Part shown: piece after piece, positions 16,744 to 27,308 of the stretch
Layout: the number at the start of each line of letters is the position of its first letter
How positions within the stretch are numbered: the first letter of the stretch is position 1
Assembly: GCA_963769425.1 (NCBI GenBank)
Contig: CAVYLP010000006.1
Coordinates: forward strand, 928,001-992,000
DNA length: 64,000 nucleotides
Direction of reading: 5' to 3'
DNA from: Candidatus Bathyarchaeota archaeon
GTDB taxonomy: Archaea > Thermoproteota > Bathyarchaeia > TCS64
The notes under the pieces: generated by a model
The model's input: the letters and a program-made list of their open reading frames with translations, nothing else
What the model was told of the DNA's origin: nothing
Databases searched by the model: none
Translations under genes and position numbers: made by a program

Positions 16744-18267
16744 TTAGACCTTGAAGGGGGGTATGTGCCACTCCCTCCCCCTCTGTGTGGTGACGTACTC
16801 TGGCCACGGGAGATCCACTGGGGGCTCCATATCTACCGGGAGGAGAGGCTTCTCGACGTACTTGCTCGTCCTCTCCCTCCACTCATCCTTGCACGCCTTC
16901 AGTCTGTCAGGATCAGTGATGAGATCCATCATCGTGCCACTTATAGCCTTCCCGGCGGTGTAGATACTCTTGTCTATCACACCCTTCATGCCGCATAGCG
17001 CGTAGCGGGTCCACGAGGGAAGCCTCACCTCAGGGACGCTGACGCTTGGGACGTAGACTTGTATCCAGACAGTTGGACAGTGCCATGTGAACTCGACGTA
17101 GTCGTCGCTCCCGTGGTGTGTCTGGTGGTTGGGGATCGGCTTCCGCCACATCTTCTCCCAATCGTCCGGGGTCGTCAGCTTCTCGTTGTACGGCTCCTGG
17201 GGCGGCTTGTAGCCGAGCCCCCTAACGATCACGCGGGCTTTCTCCTTATCACTCTCAGTGAACTTTGGTGCCCCAATGAGTTCCAGGTTCTCGTAGGCTA
17301 AGTCAGCGAGGGCCTTGTTGAAGAGGCCGGTGCGTGTCTTCGCCACCCATTTTATTCCAAGCTTACAACCGGTGACCCTCGCGACCGACTCTGCGTTGTT
17401 GAGGAGTACCTTGTATATCTGCTCCTGCTGCACGAGACTCGGACTCCTGAAGGCGTAGGTGATCACACCCACCCTCGGCGGCAGGTTGTCCGCCGTTGCC
17501 TGACCAGCGACGAGTATGGCCTCGTTTATCGTCCAGAGCCCGGTGCGAGGAAGCATGTTCTCCTTCGTGTACTTCGTCGTCGTGTACATGAGGCAGACCG
17601 CGTCGAGGGCCCCCGGTGCCCGTGTCTGGGTGGGGAGATCGGGGGCGTAGCTCATCCACTTCTCCGGCTCGTCGCAGTCGAAGACGAATGCGACGCACCA
17701 ATAACTCCCCCACTGGGTTTCGTACATGACAGTCGTGGAACACCTCGGGTGCCAAGCCACTGTTGCATCGAGTCCCTCATAGTAGCCTCTCGCTGCCTCG
17801 TAGGGCTTAGAGATGCATATCTTCTCCCCCGGGGCGCCAAAGATCTTTATAGTACCCTTGAGATTGTGCTTCTCCATAGCGTACTTGACAGCGTGTGCAC
17901 CAGCTGCTGCTGCGACGCCCAGTGCGCTATGTGGGTCCGTGTGCCCCGCCTGCCACGGGTTCTCCGCCTCCTTGTGGGTTACGGGCTCCTGCGCAGTCTC
18001 GGGTACCGCATCATATTCGGTGTAAGTGCTTATGACGGGTTTTCCCTTCCCCCATGTTGCGACGTAGGCGGTTGGCATACCGGCGATCCCATCATCGACT
18101 TCGAATCCCTCCTCGCGGTGCTACCTCACGAGGGCATCGTAGCTCTTGTACTCCCGAAGAGCTGGTTCCGCGTACCTCCAGATCAGCTGATGCAGGTTGC
18201 TGATCTTCTCCGAGTTCTCATCGATGTACTCGAAGGCCGTCTTCTTCTCCTTGGTCAGCTTCGCCAT
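16744..18267 (-). CDS. M20 amidohydrolase (AbgB-like) with an in-frame TAG at codon 49
   Basis: ATG 18267 is in frame with the tracked ORF: MAKLTKEKK..IWRYAEPALREYKS..LVR*HREEGFEVDDGIAGMPTAYVATWG; also EYDAVP, GHTDPHSALG and GSDD. Confidence 0.8.
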
Positions 18268-18363
18268 GATAAGCCGTAGAAAATAATCATTAAGACCTTA
18301 TAACATGTGGGCGACCCAAACCCTCATTCCACTGGGCTGATGAAGTAAAAGAAAGGGGTAGGC

Positions 18364-18735
18364 TTACTTGACCTTCTTTAAGGCTTCCTTAGTCTCAACT
18401 GGGAAGTCGCGCATGAGGTTCTTGAGGACGACCTCGGCGACATACTGCTTGAACTGAGCCTCATTCAGCTTCGTGGAGTAGATGCGACGGTGCCCACCCT
18501 TACCCGTTATCTCGGTGTAGTTGAGCACACCCTCATCCACCATGGCGTTTAGGAAGTTGATTATGGAAGCCCTGCTGATGCTCCTCGTCTTTAAGGTCTT
18601 GTTTACCATGCTCCAGACGTCCCGCGAGCTGGCCCCCTCCCCCTTCTTCTCCCAAATGTAGTGGAGTGCCTCCTCTTGGTAGTCCTTAAGGACCATGGCG
18701 AGTCCGTATCCGGCGGTATCAATGGTTAGTGTCAA
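18364..18735 (-). CDS. Winged-helix regulator (BlaI/MecI-like archaeal family)
   Basis: YQEEALHYIW, SRASIINFLNAMVDEGVL and GKGGHRRIY wing. Confidence 0.8.
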   Translation of the reverse strand: MTLTIDTAGYGLAMVLKDYQEEALHYIWEKKGEGASSRDVWSMVNKTLKTRSISRASIINFLNAMVDEGVLNYTEITGKGGHRRIYSTKLNEAQFKQYVAEVVLKNLMRDFPVETKEALKKVK

Positions 18736-18829
18736 TTCTTATTCACTTACTGGACGTTAATGCGAGTCTATCCGAAAATATAAACGTTAAGTTTTTTTTA
18801 AGGGCATGGGACGCCCTATCTTCATAATG

Positions 18830-18875
18830 TTTAAATATACATGTCAACTTTTTCATATGAAGAAATCTTCATAAG
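18830..18875 (+). promoter_or_regulatory. TATA box plus ArsR/SmtB-type inverted-repeat operator
   Basis: TTTAAATA at 18830; perfect TATGAAGA-AA-TCTTCATA at 18856-18873 with the TGAA/TTCA core of SmtB/ArsR boxes. Confidence 0.7.
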
Positions 18876-18884
18876 TGATTTGTC

Positions 18885-19202
18885 TTGAAGAGAGGTCTCA
18901 CGGAGATTTGCTACGGATTTTTCTCAACATTAGCCAACCCAACGCGCCTCGCCATACTCGAGAAACTCAGGGGCAACCCGATGAACGTCACCCGCCTAGC
19001 AGAAGCGATCGGCCAGGAACAGAGCATGGTGAGTCACAACCTGAAGACGCTCGAGAGATGCAATCTAGTGCACAGCGACAGGAGTGGGAAGGAGAAGGTT
19101 TACAGCATCAACGCCGAGACCGTCGAAGGATTGTTCAGGGTCGTTGAGAACCATGCGGTTAATCACTGCCCGTTCCACGGATCCTGCTCAGAATCAAGGT
19201 AA
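18885..19202 (+). CDS. ArsR/SmtB-family transcriptional regulator
   Basis: FSTLANPTRLAIL and QSMVSHNLKTL; C-terminal HAVNHCPFHGSC. Confidence 0.9.
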   Translation: MKRGLTEICYGFFSTLANPTRLAILEKLRGNPMNVTRLAEAIGQEQSMVSHNLKTLERCNLVHSDRSGKEKVYSINAETVEGLFRVVENHAVNHCPFHGSCSESR

Positions 19203-19216
19203 ACGAGTGAACCAAC

Positions 19217-20872
19217 ATGAACGAACAAAAAGTTGAGGTAGAGAAGGCAGAGTCGCCGATGTTCTGCTACCAATGCGAGCAGACGGCTCAGGGAAGGGCA
19301 TGCACCCAGATCGGTGTGTGCGGCAAGAATCCGGAAGTGGCGGCCCTGCAGGACCTCCTAATCTATTCCCTTAAGGGGCTGTCGATAGTCGCATCCGAGG
19401 GACGCAAGAGGGGGATATATGACAAGGAGATTGACAGGTTCGTCTGCGAGGCCGCGTTCTCCACGCTGACGAACGTAAACTTCGACCCGGAGAGGATCGC
19501 GGGGTTCGTCAGGAAGACCGTCTACTACCGCGATAGACTGAACAGACTCGTTAAGGCGAAGCTCCCCGAATCCATGGAGGGCTTCATGCCCTCCGACGAC
19601 ATAGTCGAGATGGTCAAGCAGGGGGAGAAGGTCGGCATCAAATCAGAGCCAGACGCGGGCAGCGACGTACACAGCCTGCGCTGGACGCTCATCTACGGCC
19701 TGAAGGGGATATGCGCCTACACCGACCACGCAGCGATACTCGGGAAGGAGGACGAGGGTCTCTACGCTTTCGTTGAGAGGGGCTTCGCCGCGGCTGCTAA
19801 TCCAGCAATGGGGTTGAACGACTACCTTGGCCTAGTCATGGAGGTGGGTAAGATGAACCTCCGCGCAATGGAGTTGCTCGACGCCGCAAACACAGGTGTA
19901 TACGGTAACCCGGTCCCGACCACAGTGCCACTCGGCCACAAGAAGGGCAAGGCTATACTCGTCTCGGGGCACGACCTGAAGGACTTGGAGCTTCTGCTCC
20001 AGCAGACTGAGGGGAAGGGCATCTACGTTTACACCCACGGCGAGATGTTACCCACCCATGGATACCCGAAACTGAAGAAGTACAGCCACTTCTATGGCCA
20101 CTACGGCACCGCTTGGCAGAACCAGATAAGGGAATTCTACACCTTCCCCGGTGCCATACTGATGACGACGAACTGCATCCAGCGCCCGGCACCAACGTAC
20201 ATCGCCAACATATTCACAACGGGGCTCGTTGGATGGCCCAACGTCACCCACATCGCCAACAAGGACTTCACGCCAGTTATCAAGAGGGCCCTAGAACTCC
20301 CCGGTTTCCAGGATGACAAGGAGGCGGGTACCGTCATGGTGGGCTTCGGCCACGAGGCGGTGATGAGCGTCGCTCCCAAGGTCATCGAGCTCATCAAGGA
20401 GAAGAAGATCAGGCACTTCTTCCTCGTCGCCGGCTGCGACGGTGCGAAGCCGGGGCGCAACTACTACACCGAATTCGTCGAGAAAGTGCCAAAGGACTGC
20501 GTCGTCCTCACACTCGCCTGCGGCAAGTTCAGGTTCTTCGATAAGGACCTCGGCACAATCGACGGGATACCCAGGCTCCTCGATATCGGCCAGTGCAACG
20601 ACGCGTATTCAGCCATCCAGATCGCCGTGGCCCTGAGCAAAGCATTCGGCGTTGACGTGAACGAACTCCCACTAAGCATGATCCTGAGCTGGTACGAGCA
20701 GAAGGCGGTCGCAATACTGCTGACACTTCTGAGCCTGGGAATCAAGAATATCCGTCTCGGCCCCAGCCTACCCGCGTTCCTCACGCCGAACGTCCTCAAG
20801 GTGCTCGTGGATAACTACAACATCATGCCCATCACCACCCCGGACGCCGACCTGAAGGCAATCCTCGGGTGA
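19217..20872 (+). CDS. hcp: Hybrid cluster protein (hydroxylamine reductase)
   Basis: MFCYQCEQT..CT..GVCGK, SGHDL, THGEMLP, TTNC, AGCDG, LACGK, GQCND and SWYEQKAV. Confidence 0.97.
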   Translation: MNEQKVEVEKAESPMFCYQCEQTAQGRACTQIGVCGKNPEVAALQDLLIYSLKGLSIVASEGRKRGIYDKEIDRFVCEAAFSTLTNVNFDPERIAGFVRKTVYYRDRLNRLVKAKLPESMEGFMPSDDIVEMVKQGEKVGIKSEPDAGSDVHSLRWTLIYGLKGICAYTDHAAILGKEDEGLYAFVERGFAAAANPAMGLNDYLGLVMEVGKMNLRAMELLDAANTGVYGNPVPTTVPLGHKKGKAILVSGHDLKDLELLLQQTEGKGIYVYTHGEMLPTHGYPKLKKYSHFYGHYGTAWQNQIREFYTFPGAILMTTNCIQRPAPTYIANIFTTGLVGWPNVTHIANKDFTPVIKRALELPGFQDDKEAGTVMVGFGHEAVMSVAPKVIELIKEKKIRHFFLVAGCDGAKPGRNYYTEFVEKVPKDCVVLTLACGKFRFFDKDLGTIDGIPRLLDIGQCNDAYSAIQIAVALSKAFGVDVNELPLSMILSWYEQKAVAILLTLLSLGIKNIRLGPSLPAFLTPNVLKVLVDNYNIMPITTPDADLKAILG

Positions 20873-21216
20873 ACACGGTGAAAATAGTCGAGGTTAAATT
20901 AGCTCAGGCTAGCCAGAACCCGCACGGCGTCGAGTCCAAGTCTCTCTACAACACTGAGCACGCGACGGTGACCCACCTAGCGCTGAAGCCAGGAGAGCAG
21001 CTAAAGCGCCATATCACGCCGACAGACGTATTCTTCTACGTCCTGGAGGGGCGTGGCGTCGTCGAGGTCGGCGACGAGCAGAGAGAGGTCGGCCCCGACA
21101 CACTTATTGAGAGCCCGAATGGGATACCTCACTGCTGGTACAACAGGAGCGATGGTTTGCTTCGTTTTCTGGTCTGCAAGATGCCCCGGCAGTCGGAGCC
21201 GATGAAGATTCTCTAG
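20869..21216 (+). CDS. Cupin domain protein
   Basis: HITPTDVFFYVLEGRG..PNGIPH; GTGA overlap with the hcp stop. Confidence 0.9.
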   Translation: MNTVKIVEVKLAQASQNPHGVESKSLYNTEHATVTHLALKPGEQLKRHITPTDVFFYVLEGRGVVEVGDEQREVGPDTLIESPNGIPHCWYNRSDGLLRFLVCKMPRQSEPMKIL

Positions 21217-21255
21217 CCTTATCTCCCACGCTTCACTTTTTCCCCAACGATCCAT

Positions 21256-21705
21256 ATGACCGAGATAAAGGTGGGGGACATTGCGCCTGACTTCACCCTC
21301 CCCGACCAAGATGGGAAGTCGCTCACACTTTCCTCCCTCAAGGGAAAAGTCGTTGTCCTGTACTTCTACCCGAAGGACTTCACATCAGGTTGCACGAAGG
21401 AGGCGTGCCATTTCAGGGACGCCTACGAGGACTTCACTGAGGCGGGGGCGGAGGTCGTCGGTGTTAGCGCTGACAGTCAGGAGTCCCACAGGAAGTTCAG
21501 GGACAAGTACCTGCTCCCATTCTCCCTGCTCAGCGACGAAAAGGGCGAGGTAAAGAAACTATATGGGCTCTCGGGTCACCTGCTCCCCGCAAGGGTCACG
21601 TTCGTCATCGACAAAGGGGGTGTGGTCCGCCTGGTATTCAGCTCGAAAATAGACATGAAAGCCCACATCGACGAGGCGATGAAGGTCCTGAAGACACTAA
21701 GTTAA
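21256..21705 (+). CDS. bcp: Peroxiredoxin (BCP/PrxQ)
   Basis: YFYPKDFTSGCTKEAC motif. Confidence 0.95.
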   Translation: MTEIKVGDIAPDFTLPDQDGKSLTLSSLKGKVVVLYFYPKDFTSGCTKEACHFRDAYEDFTEAGAEVVGVSADSQESHRKFRDKYLLPFSLLSDEKGEVKKLYGLSGHLLPARVTFVIDKGGVVRLVFSSKIDMKAHIDEAMKVLKTLS

Positions 21706-22127
21706 GTGTCGAAGACCACCCTGACGATCCACTCTCCGTCCCTGTTCTCTACGCTCATCATGTGGTAGGTCACGGCTTTCACCGCTATCCCAACCTCGTG
21801 GGTCGCTGCGGAGAAGCGCTCCCCCCTCCCTTCAGCCCTCGCCTTGAAATTCTTCTCATCGACATTGATTATGAGTCTCTTCGCGGTAAGCCCCTCAGAG
21901 TCGTTGAGAAAGAGCAGTTCGTCAAGGATGTTGACGATCAGGCTCTGGAGATCCGTGCCATTCGCCTCCGCGGTGTAGGTCTCCTTCTCCTTAATGCCTT
22001 CGAGGGGGGTTATAGAGTTCAGCATCCCGAGGGCCACGTTTGCGACTGCCTCTCCCAAGGTCTTACCCCTACCCTCAATGAGTAAGTCAGCTGGTGGGCC
22101 ACCGGGCGGATAGTTGTACCCCGACAA
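21702..22127 (-). CDS. Archease
   Basis: ADLLIEG.G, LDELLFL, VKAVTYH and terminal VVFDT. Confidence 0.85.
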   Translation of the reverse strand: MSGYNYPPGGPPADLLIEGRGKTLGEAVANVALGMLNSITPLEGIKEKETYTAEANGTDLQSLIVNILDELLFLNDSEGLTAKRLIINVDEKNFKARAEGRGERFSAATHEVGIAVKAVTYHMMSVENRDGEWIVRVVFDT

Positions 22128-22128
22128 T

Positions 22129-23685
22129 TTACTCCCACTCTATAGTGCTCGGTGGTTTGTTGGTGATGTCATAGACGACGCGTGTAACCTGGGGAATGCT
22201 GTTTGTTATTTCATTACTTATGCTCTCAAGGAGTTCCCAAGGAGCGCGTGTGAAGTTGGCGGTCATCGCGTCGACGCTCTCCACTATTCGAACCGCGACC
22301 GTCCACCCATATGCGCGCTCGTCCCCCTTGACGCCGGTGCTCTTCGTGTCTGTAAGGACGGCGAAGTACTGCCAAGGAAGGCCGGCTATTTCGGACTTCT
22401 CCACCTCCTCCGTCACTATGGCATCTGCCTTACGTAGCGCCTCGACCTTATCATCCGTGACCTCACCGACTATCCGGACTGCTAAGCCGGGGCCGGGGAA
22501 TGGCTGGCGCCAGACTAGCTCCCTTGGGAGCCCAATCTTCGCGCCGAGGGCCCTGACCTCATCCTTGTAGAGGTCTTTGAGGGGCTCGACGACTCCTTTG
22601 AACTCCATGTGGAGGGGTAGTCCTCCGACGTTGTGGTGGGTCTTTATCGTATCAGCGTGGCGAGTTATTCCCGACTCAATTCTGTCGGGGTAGATTGTGC
22701 CCTGAACTAGGTACTCGGCGCCGAAGCCGCGTGCCTCCTCCTCGAAGACTCTGATGAACTCCTCCCCGATGATTTTTCTCTTCCTCTCCGGGTCGACGAC
22801 GCCCTGCAGCCTCTTAAGGAACCTCTCCTTGGCGTCGACGACCTTGACGTTTACGCCGATTCGCTCCATGGCATCTTTGACCTGCTTTGACTCGCCCATA
22901 CGCATGAGGCCATGGTCGACGTGAACTGCGATTATGCGATCGCCGAGGGCCTTGCCGACGATGGCGGCGGCTACGCTTGAGTCAACGCCTCCGCTGAGGG
23001 CGATGACCGCCTTCCCTTTTCCGACCTGTCTCTTGACGGTCCTTATGCCCTCTTCGACCGCATCCGCAGGGTGCCAGTTCGGGGCACACTTGCAGATGTC
23101 GAAAACGAAGTTATGGAGCATGCGGTCGCCGTGGACAGTGTGCTTGACTTCGGGATGCCACTGGAGACCGTAGATGCCCTTCTCAGGGTAGCTGAAGGCC
23201 GCTACCGGGGCGGAGTCGGTGTGGGCGAGTACTCTGAAGCAGCTCGGCATGCTGAAGACGGTGTCTCCGTGGCTCATCCAGACTGGCTCCTCGATCTCCA
23301 TCCCCTCGAGTATCCCCTCAGCCTTCTCGATGTAGGCTGTCCTGGAGCCGTACTCCTTAACTGTCCCCTTCCGGACGTCGCCCTTGTTGAGCTGCGCGAG
23401 GAGCTGGTGACCATAGCAGAGGCCAAGAACCGGGACGCCAAGGGCGAGTATCCCCTCATCGAGCCTCAGTGAGTCCCGGGCGTTCACACTGCTGGGGCTC
23501 CCGGAGAGGATGACTCCCCTTATCCTCATCACCTTTCCGAGGGTCTTGACATCGTCGACGGTGGCGTCGCTTGGTAGAATCTCTGAGTAGACATTCATAT
23601 CCCTGACGCGGCGGGCGATTAGGTGGCAGTATTGGCCGCCGAAGTCGAGGATCACGATCCCGTCTGGAAGCAGATCGGGGGACAT
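22129..23685 (-). CDS. guaA: GMP synthase (fused GATase + ATPPase)
   Basis: DFGGQY, GLCYGHQ, WHPEV, SGGVDS, IKTHHNVGG and KPPSTIEWE. Confidence 0.98.
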   Translation of the reverse strand: MSPDLLPDGIVILDFGGQYCHLIARRVRDMNVYSEILPSDATVDDVKTLGKVMRIRGVILSGSPSSVNARDSLRLDEGILALGVPVLGLCYGHQLLAQLNKGDVRKGTVKEYGSRTAYIEKAEGILEGMEIEEPVWMSHGDTVFSMPSCFRVLAHTDSAPVAAFSYPEKGIYGLQWHPEVKHTVHGDRMLHNFVFDICKCAPNWHPADAVEEGIRTVKRQVGKGKAVIALSGGVDSSVAAAIVGKALGDRIIAVHVDHGLMRMGESKQVKDAMERIGVNVKVVDAKERFLKRLQGVVDPERKRKIIGEEFIRVFEEEARGFGAEYLVQGTIYPDRIESGITRHADTIKTHHNVGGLPLHMEFKGVVEPLKDLYKDEVRALGAKIGLPRELVWRQPFPGPGLAVRIVGEVTDDKVEALRKADAIVTEEVEKSEIAGLPWQYFAVLTDTKSTGVKGDERAYGWTVAVRIVESVDAMTANFTRAPWELLESISNEITNSIPQVTRVVYDITNKPPSTIEWE

Positions 23686-23743
23686 TGATCAACACAACCC
23701 CGATGTCTCTATATGGGTTTTGTTGCACCGATATGCAAGTGGG

Positions 23744-24577
23744 CTACTTGGCGTACGCCTCGACGAGGTCCCTCGCAGTTATGATGCCCACCATCTCGTC
23801 CTCCTCCATCAGGGGGAGCCTCCTGATATGCCTGTCAGCCATGATGTAGGCGGCCTCGTAGACGCTTATCCAGGCTGGGGCGACGATGAGTGGCGTGGAC
23901 GCGTAGCCCTTTACTGGGGCGTCAAGGGACTTGCCCTCCCTCAGGAAGGTGGTTAGGAGGTCTCGCTCCGTGAAGATGCCCTTCGGCTTCCCCGCGGAAG
24001 ACACTATGACGCTGCCGATCCTCTCCTTGCCCATTGTGACCGCGATGTCGGCAACAAGCAGCGCCTCATCAACCATAACGACCTCGGCGGTCATGTAGTC
24101 CTCCACCTTGACCAGCGTCTCCGGCACATCGGGTAGGCTGCGTATGAAGTCGGAGGCGGAGACTATGCCGACGAGCTTCTCCTTCTCCATGACGCCGAGT
24201 CTCCCCTTCCGCTTCATCATGACCTTGGCAGCCTCCTTTATGGGGGCGTCGGGCGGGATGGTGAGGAGGGGCCACGACATGGCTGCACCGACCTTCGACT
24301 TCGCTGGGTCTCTCCTCAAGGCGAGGATGCCGCTGAGTAGGTCTCTCTCGGTGACGATCCCCTTCGGCTTAGCGTCCGCCTCGACGACGAGGCTCCCAAT
24401 ATGTTTCTCCCCCATGGCACGGGCCGCGTCGGCCATGGTCTTATCCTCCGTGATCGTTACGACTCTGGGGGTCATGATATCTTTGACTTGGCGGAACTTT
24501 TTCATCTGCTCGTACGCCCTGTCGTAGACTCCCGGGAACTCCCTCCTCAGATCCTTAGGGTACTCCAACCACACCAC
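23744..24577 (-). CDS. Four-CBS-domain protein
   Basis: Repeated GIVTERD / GIFTERD / GIITARD motifs. Confidence 0.9.
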   Translation of the reverse strand: MVWLEYPKDLRREFPGVYDRAYEQMKKFRQVKDIMTPRVVTITEDKTMADAARAMGEKHIGSLVVEADAKPKGIVTERDLLSGILALRRDPAKSKVGAAMSWPLLTIPPDAPIKEAAKVMMKRKGRLGVMEKEKLVGIVSASDFIRSLPDVPETLVKVEDYMTAEVVMVDEALLVADIAVTMGKERIGSVIVSSAGKPKGIFTERDLLTTFLREGKSLDAPVKGYASTPLIVAPAWISVYEAAYIMADRHIRRLPLMEEDEMVGIITARDLVEAYAK

Positions 24578-24849
24578 CGAGAAGACCCTCTGAATCTAAG
24601 TTGATATCTGTAGTGGTCGGTTACACCTCGGAGCCAGTCGGGTGGAAACCTGCATAATCGCCTTATTTTGGTACATCGTCAAGAGTCAACTGGCTGGTTT
24701 TCTTGTTCTTTTCTGTAATCAGCTCCGTTTTCGGTCTCGATTGTGTATTCCCTTTTTTTCAGGGGAATTACTACGCGGCTTCTCGTTGACGGATATCATG
24801 ATGCCTGGATGTGTTACGTCTTTAAAAGGCGTGGGCTCTGGTCTTACCC

Positions 24850-26082
24850 ATGAAGTACATCAATGTGCCCGCCTGGGAGTGGTACGGTTGGAAGCCCGAG
24901 CGCCTCAGCTTCCCCGATGGCTGGGACGTAAGCGTCCAGAAGATGAAGGGCCACGACGCCAAGGCCCTGAAACCGAAAGAGATCAAGGAGAAGATCACCC
25001 ACCCGTACGGCACCAAGCCGCTGAACGAACTCGCCAAGGGGAAGAGGAAGTGCGTCATCCTCTTTGACGATATGACCCGCCCCACGAAGACAACTCAGAT
25101 GCTACCCGCCGTTCTCGACGAACTACATGAGGGGGGCCTAACCGACGATAGAATAGTATTCATGATGGCATCCGGCGCCCACACCGGGCGGATGCTCTTC
25201 GACTTCCAGAAGAAGCTCGGCGAGGACATCTGTGCGAGACACTTGGTTTTCAACCATAACCCCTACGACAGCTTCGAGGATCTCGGCAAGACGAGCTGGG
25301 GCACACCCATACTCATCAACAAGGAAGTTATGAGTTGCGACCTCAAAGTCACAGTGAGCAGCATTATGCCCCATTTCGGCTATGGTTTCGGGGGCGGAAG
25401 CAAGATGATCCTCCCCGGTGTCTCCGCGGTCGAGTCTATTAGCCCCAACCACGGAATAAAAAAGGGCACAGACCCCGGGAGGGTGACAAGCAATGAGCGT
25501 CGCCTAGACTCCGAGGAGGCAGCATGCAAAGTCGGCGTAGACTTCATAATTCTCTCCCTCCTCAACGCTGCCTCCGATGTGTGCGACTTAGTCTCCGGCG
25601 ACATAATAACCGCTCACAGGGAGGGCGTCAAGCGGGCACGCGCCCACTACGTCACTAAGGTCGTACCCGACGCCGATGTAAGCATAGGAAACACCTACCC
25701 AATGGCTAACGAGGGCTACAAGTCCTACCACATAGCTCTCGAGTCCGTCAGGAAGGGAGGCGACCTCGTCTACCTCCTATACACCCCCGAGGGGTGCCGC
25801 GTCCACTTCTACAACGGTCGCTTCGGAACCAACTACGGAGGCGAGGGGTGGAACCCTGAGGTCTACACGAAGAAGCCTTGGAAGATGGAGCGTGTCATAT
25901 GCGTCAGTCCCAGCGGTCTCATGAAGGCGGACGAGCATTATTACGGCGAGGGCTCTAAGTGGGTTAAGAAGTGGAGCGAGGCTAGGGCTCTCATGGAAGA
26001 GGTCCACGGCTCAAGTGCGAAGGTTGCCATCTATCCCACGGCCTCCATGCAGATAAGCGAGAAGAACGCAGGCAACGACTAA
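24850..26082 (+). CDS. LarA (nickel-pincer racemase/epimerase) family protein
   Basis: DDMTRPT, ASGAH, FNHNP and PHFGYGFGGGSKMILPG. Confidence 0.85.
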   Translation: MKYINVPAWEWYGWKPERLSFPDGWDVSVQKMKGHDAKALKPKEIKEKITHPYGTKPLNELAKGKRKCVILFDDMTRPTKTTQMLPAVLDELHEGGLTDDRIVFMMASGAHTGRMLFDFQKKLGEDICARHLVFNHNPYDSFEDLGKTSWGTPILINKEVMSCDLKVTVSSIMPHFGYGFGGGSKMILPGVSAVESISPNHGIKKGTDPGRVTSNERRLDSEEAACKVGVDFIILSLLNAASDVCDLVSGDIITAHREGVKRARAHYVTKVVPDADVSIGNTYPMANEGYKSYHIALESVRKGGDLVYLLYTPEGCRVHFYNGRFGTNYGGEGWNPEVYTKKPWKMERVICVSPSGLMKADEHYYGEGSKWVKKWSEARALMEEVHGSSAKVAIYPTASMQISEKNAGND

Positions 26083-26205
26083 CCCTTACCTGCGAATCGT
26101 CACTTTTTTTCTAAACTTTGACACTACTTCAGTAAGTGCCCAAATGTCTACTGTTTAACCATTCTAAGCGATGTAGAAGTCCACATTCTTCTCTAACACG
26201 GTTTG

Positions 26206-26626
26206 CTAGCTCTCCTGAAGCTGCTTCATGGTCGCGTATAGCGCGGGGTAGAACATTGCCACGTCAGTCAGTGAGAGGATACCAACCAAGTCCTCACCTA
26301 ACTCCCCGCCGAGGACCGGCAGCTTCTTGATCCCCTGGACCAACATGACCTGGATTGCGCTCTCAAGTAGAGCGTCAGCCTTTACGACGAAGACGGGCTG
26401 GGTCATAATATCTAAGACCTTCACCTTCTCGGGGTTCTCTCCCTTTGCGGCCACCCTCGTGCAGAGGTCCTTATCTGTGACGATACCGGCGAACCTCTTA
26501 TTCGACAGCACGACGAGGCTGCTGACGCTGCGAGAGTCCATCATCTTCGCAGCCTGCCTCGCGGGTGTAACTACCCTCGATAGTGACGACACTCGCGCGC
26601 ATGACATCCTCTATCTTCAGGCTCAT
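26206..26626 (-). CDS. CBS-pair protein (single +1 frameshift near 26564)
   Basis: MSLKIEDVMRASVVTIEGSYT from ATG 26626 joins ARQAAKMM..GIVTDKD if one C is removed from a CCC run. Confidence 0.8.
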
Positions 26627-26773
26627 CTTAAACACCGGTTACGACTCAACACACGGGTTTTGATTCATTAAAGCAATTTTGGACCTTCGGCCAGTATCAC
26701 CGATACGTGACCTCTTAGCTTAAACTTCAAATCCCACCAAATGAAATGATCAAACGCCCTTATCGGTGATTCT

Positions 26774-27193
26774 ATGAGCGGAATAATCCTAGTCAGAGAC
26801 ATCATGGCGAAGAACGTCAAAACCGTCCGCACAGACGACAGTGCCCACGACGCCGTCGTCAAGATGAACAAATTTGACGTAGGTAGCGTCATTGTGGTAA
26901 ACGGCAACCGCCCAGTCGGGATAATCACGAGCAAGAATATCCTAAGCAGGGTCGTTGAACCCCGCCTCGACGCCGGAACGGTCAAGGTCAAGGACATAAT
27001 GAGCAGTCCCATCGTGTCCATCGAGCCGGATTCCTCAGTTGAGGATGCAGCGAGGCTAATGGCTCAGAAGAGGATCAAGAAGCTAGCCGTGATGGACAAG
27101 GACAAGATACTCGGCATCTTGAGTACGAGCGATATAGTCAGGGCTAATCCAACCCAACTCGGCATTCTACAAGAACTCCTTAAGATCAGTTGA
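26774..27193 (+). CDS. CBS-pair protein
   Basis: VRDIM, GIITSK, VKDIMSSP and GILSTSD. Confidence 0.9.
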   Translation: MSGIILVRDIMAKNVKTVRTDDSAHDAVVKMNKFDVGSVIVVNGNRPVGIITSKNILSRVVEPRLDAGTVKVKDIMSSPIVSIEPDSSVEDAARLMAQKRIKKLAVMDKDKILGILSTSDIVRANPTQLGILQELLKIS

Positions 27194-27308
27194 GCGAGAA
27201 GACACCAATCTCAATGAGATAATCATTAAGTACAACTTAAAATCTGAATTACGGTTGATCTCCAGCCAAACCTTTTACACACTGGAGGTGAAAGGAACAA
27301 CGGTGTTT

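Noticed and set aside
22129-23685. Fused GuaA as an anomaly
   Set aside because: Many archaea split the enzyme, but fused forms are also known; not informative without a phylogeny.
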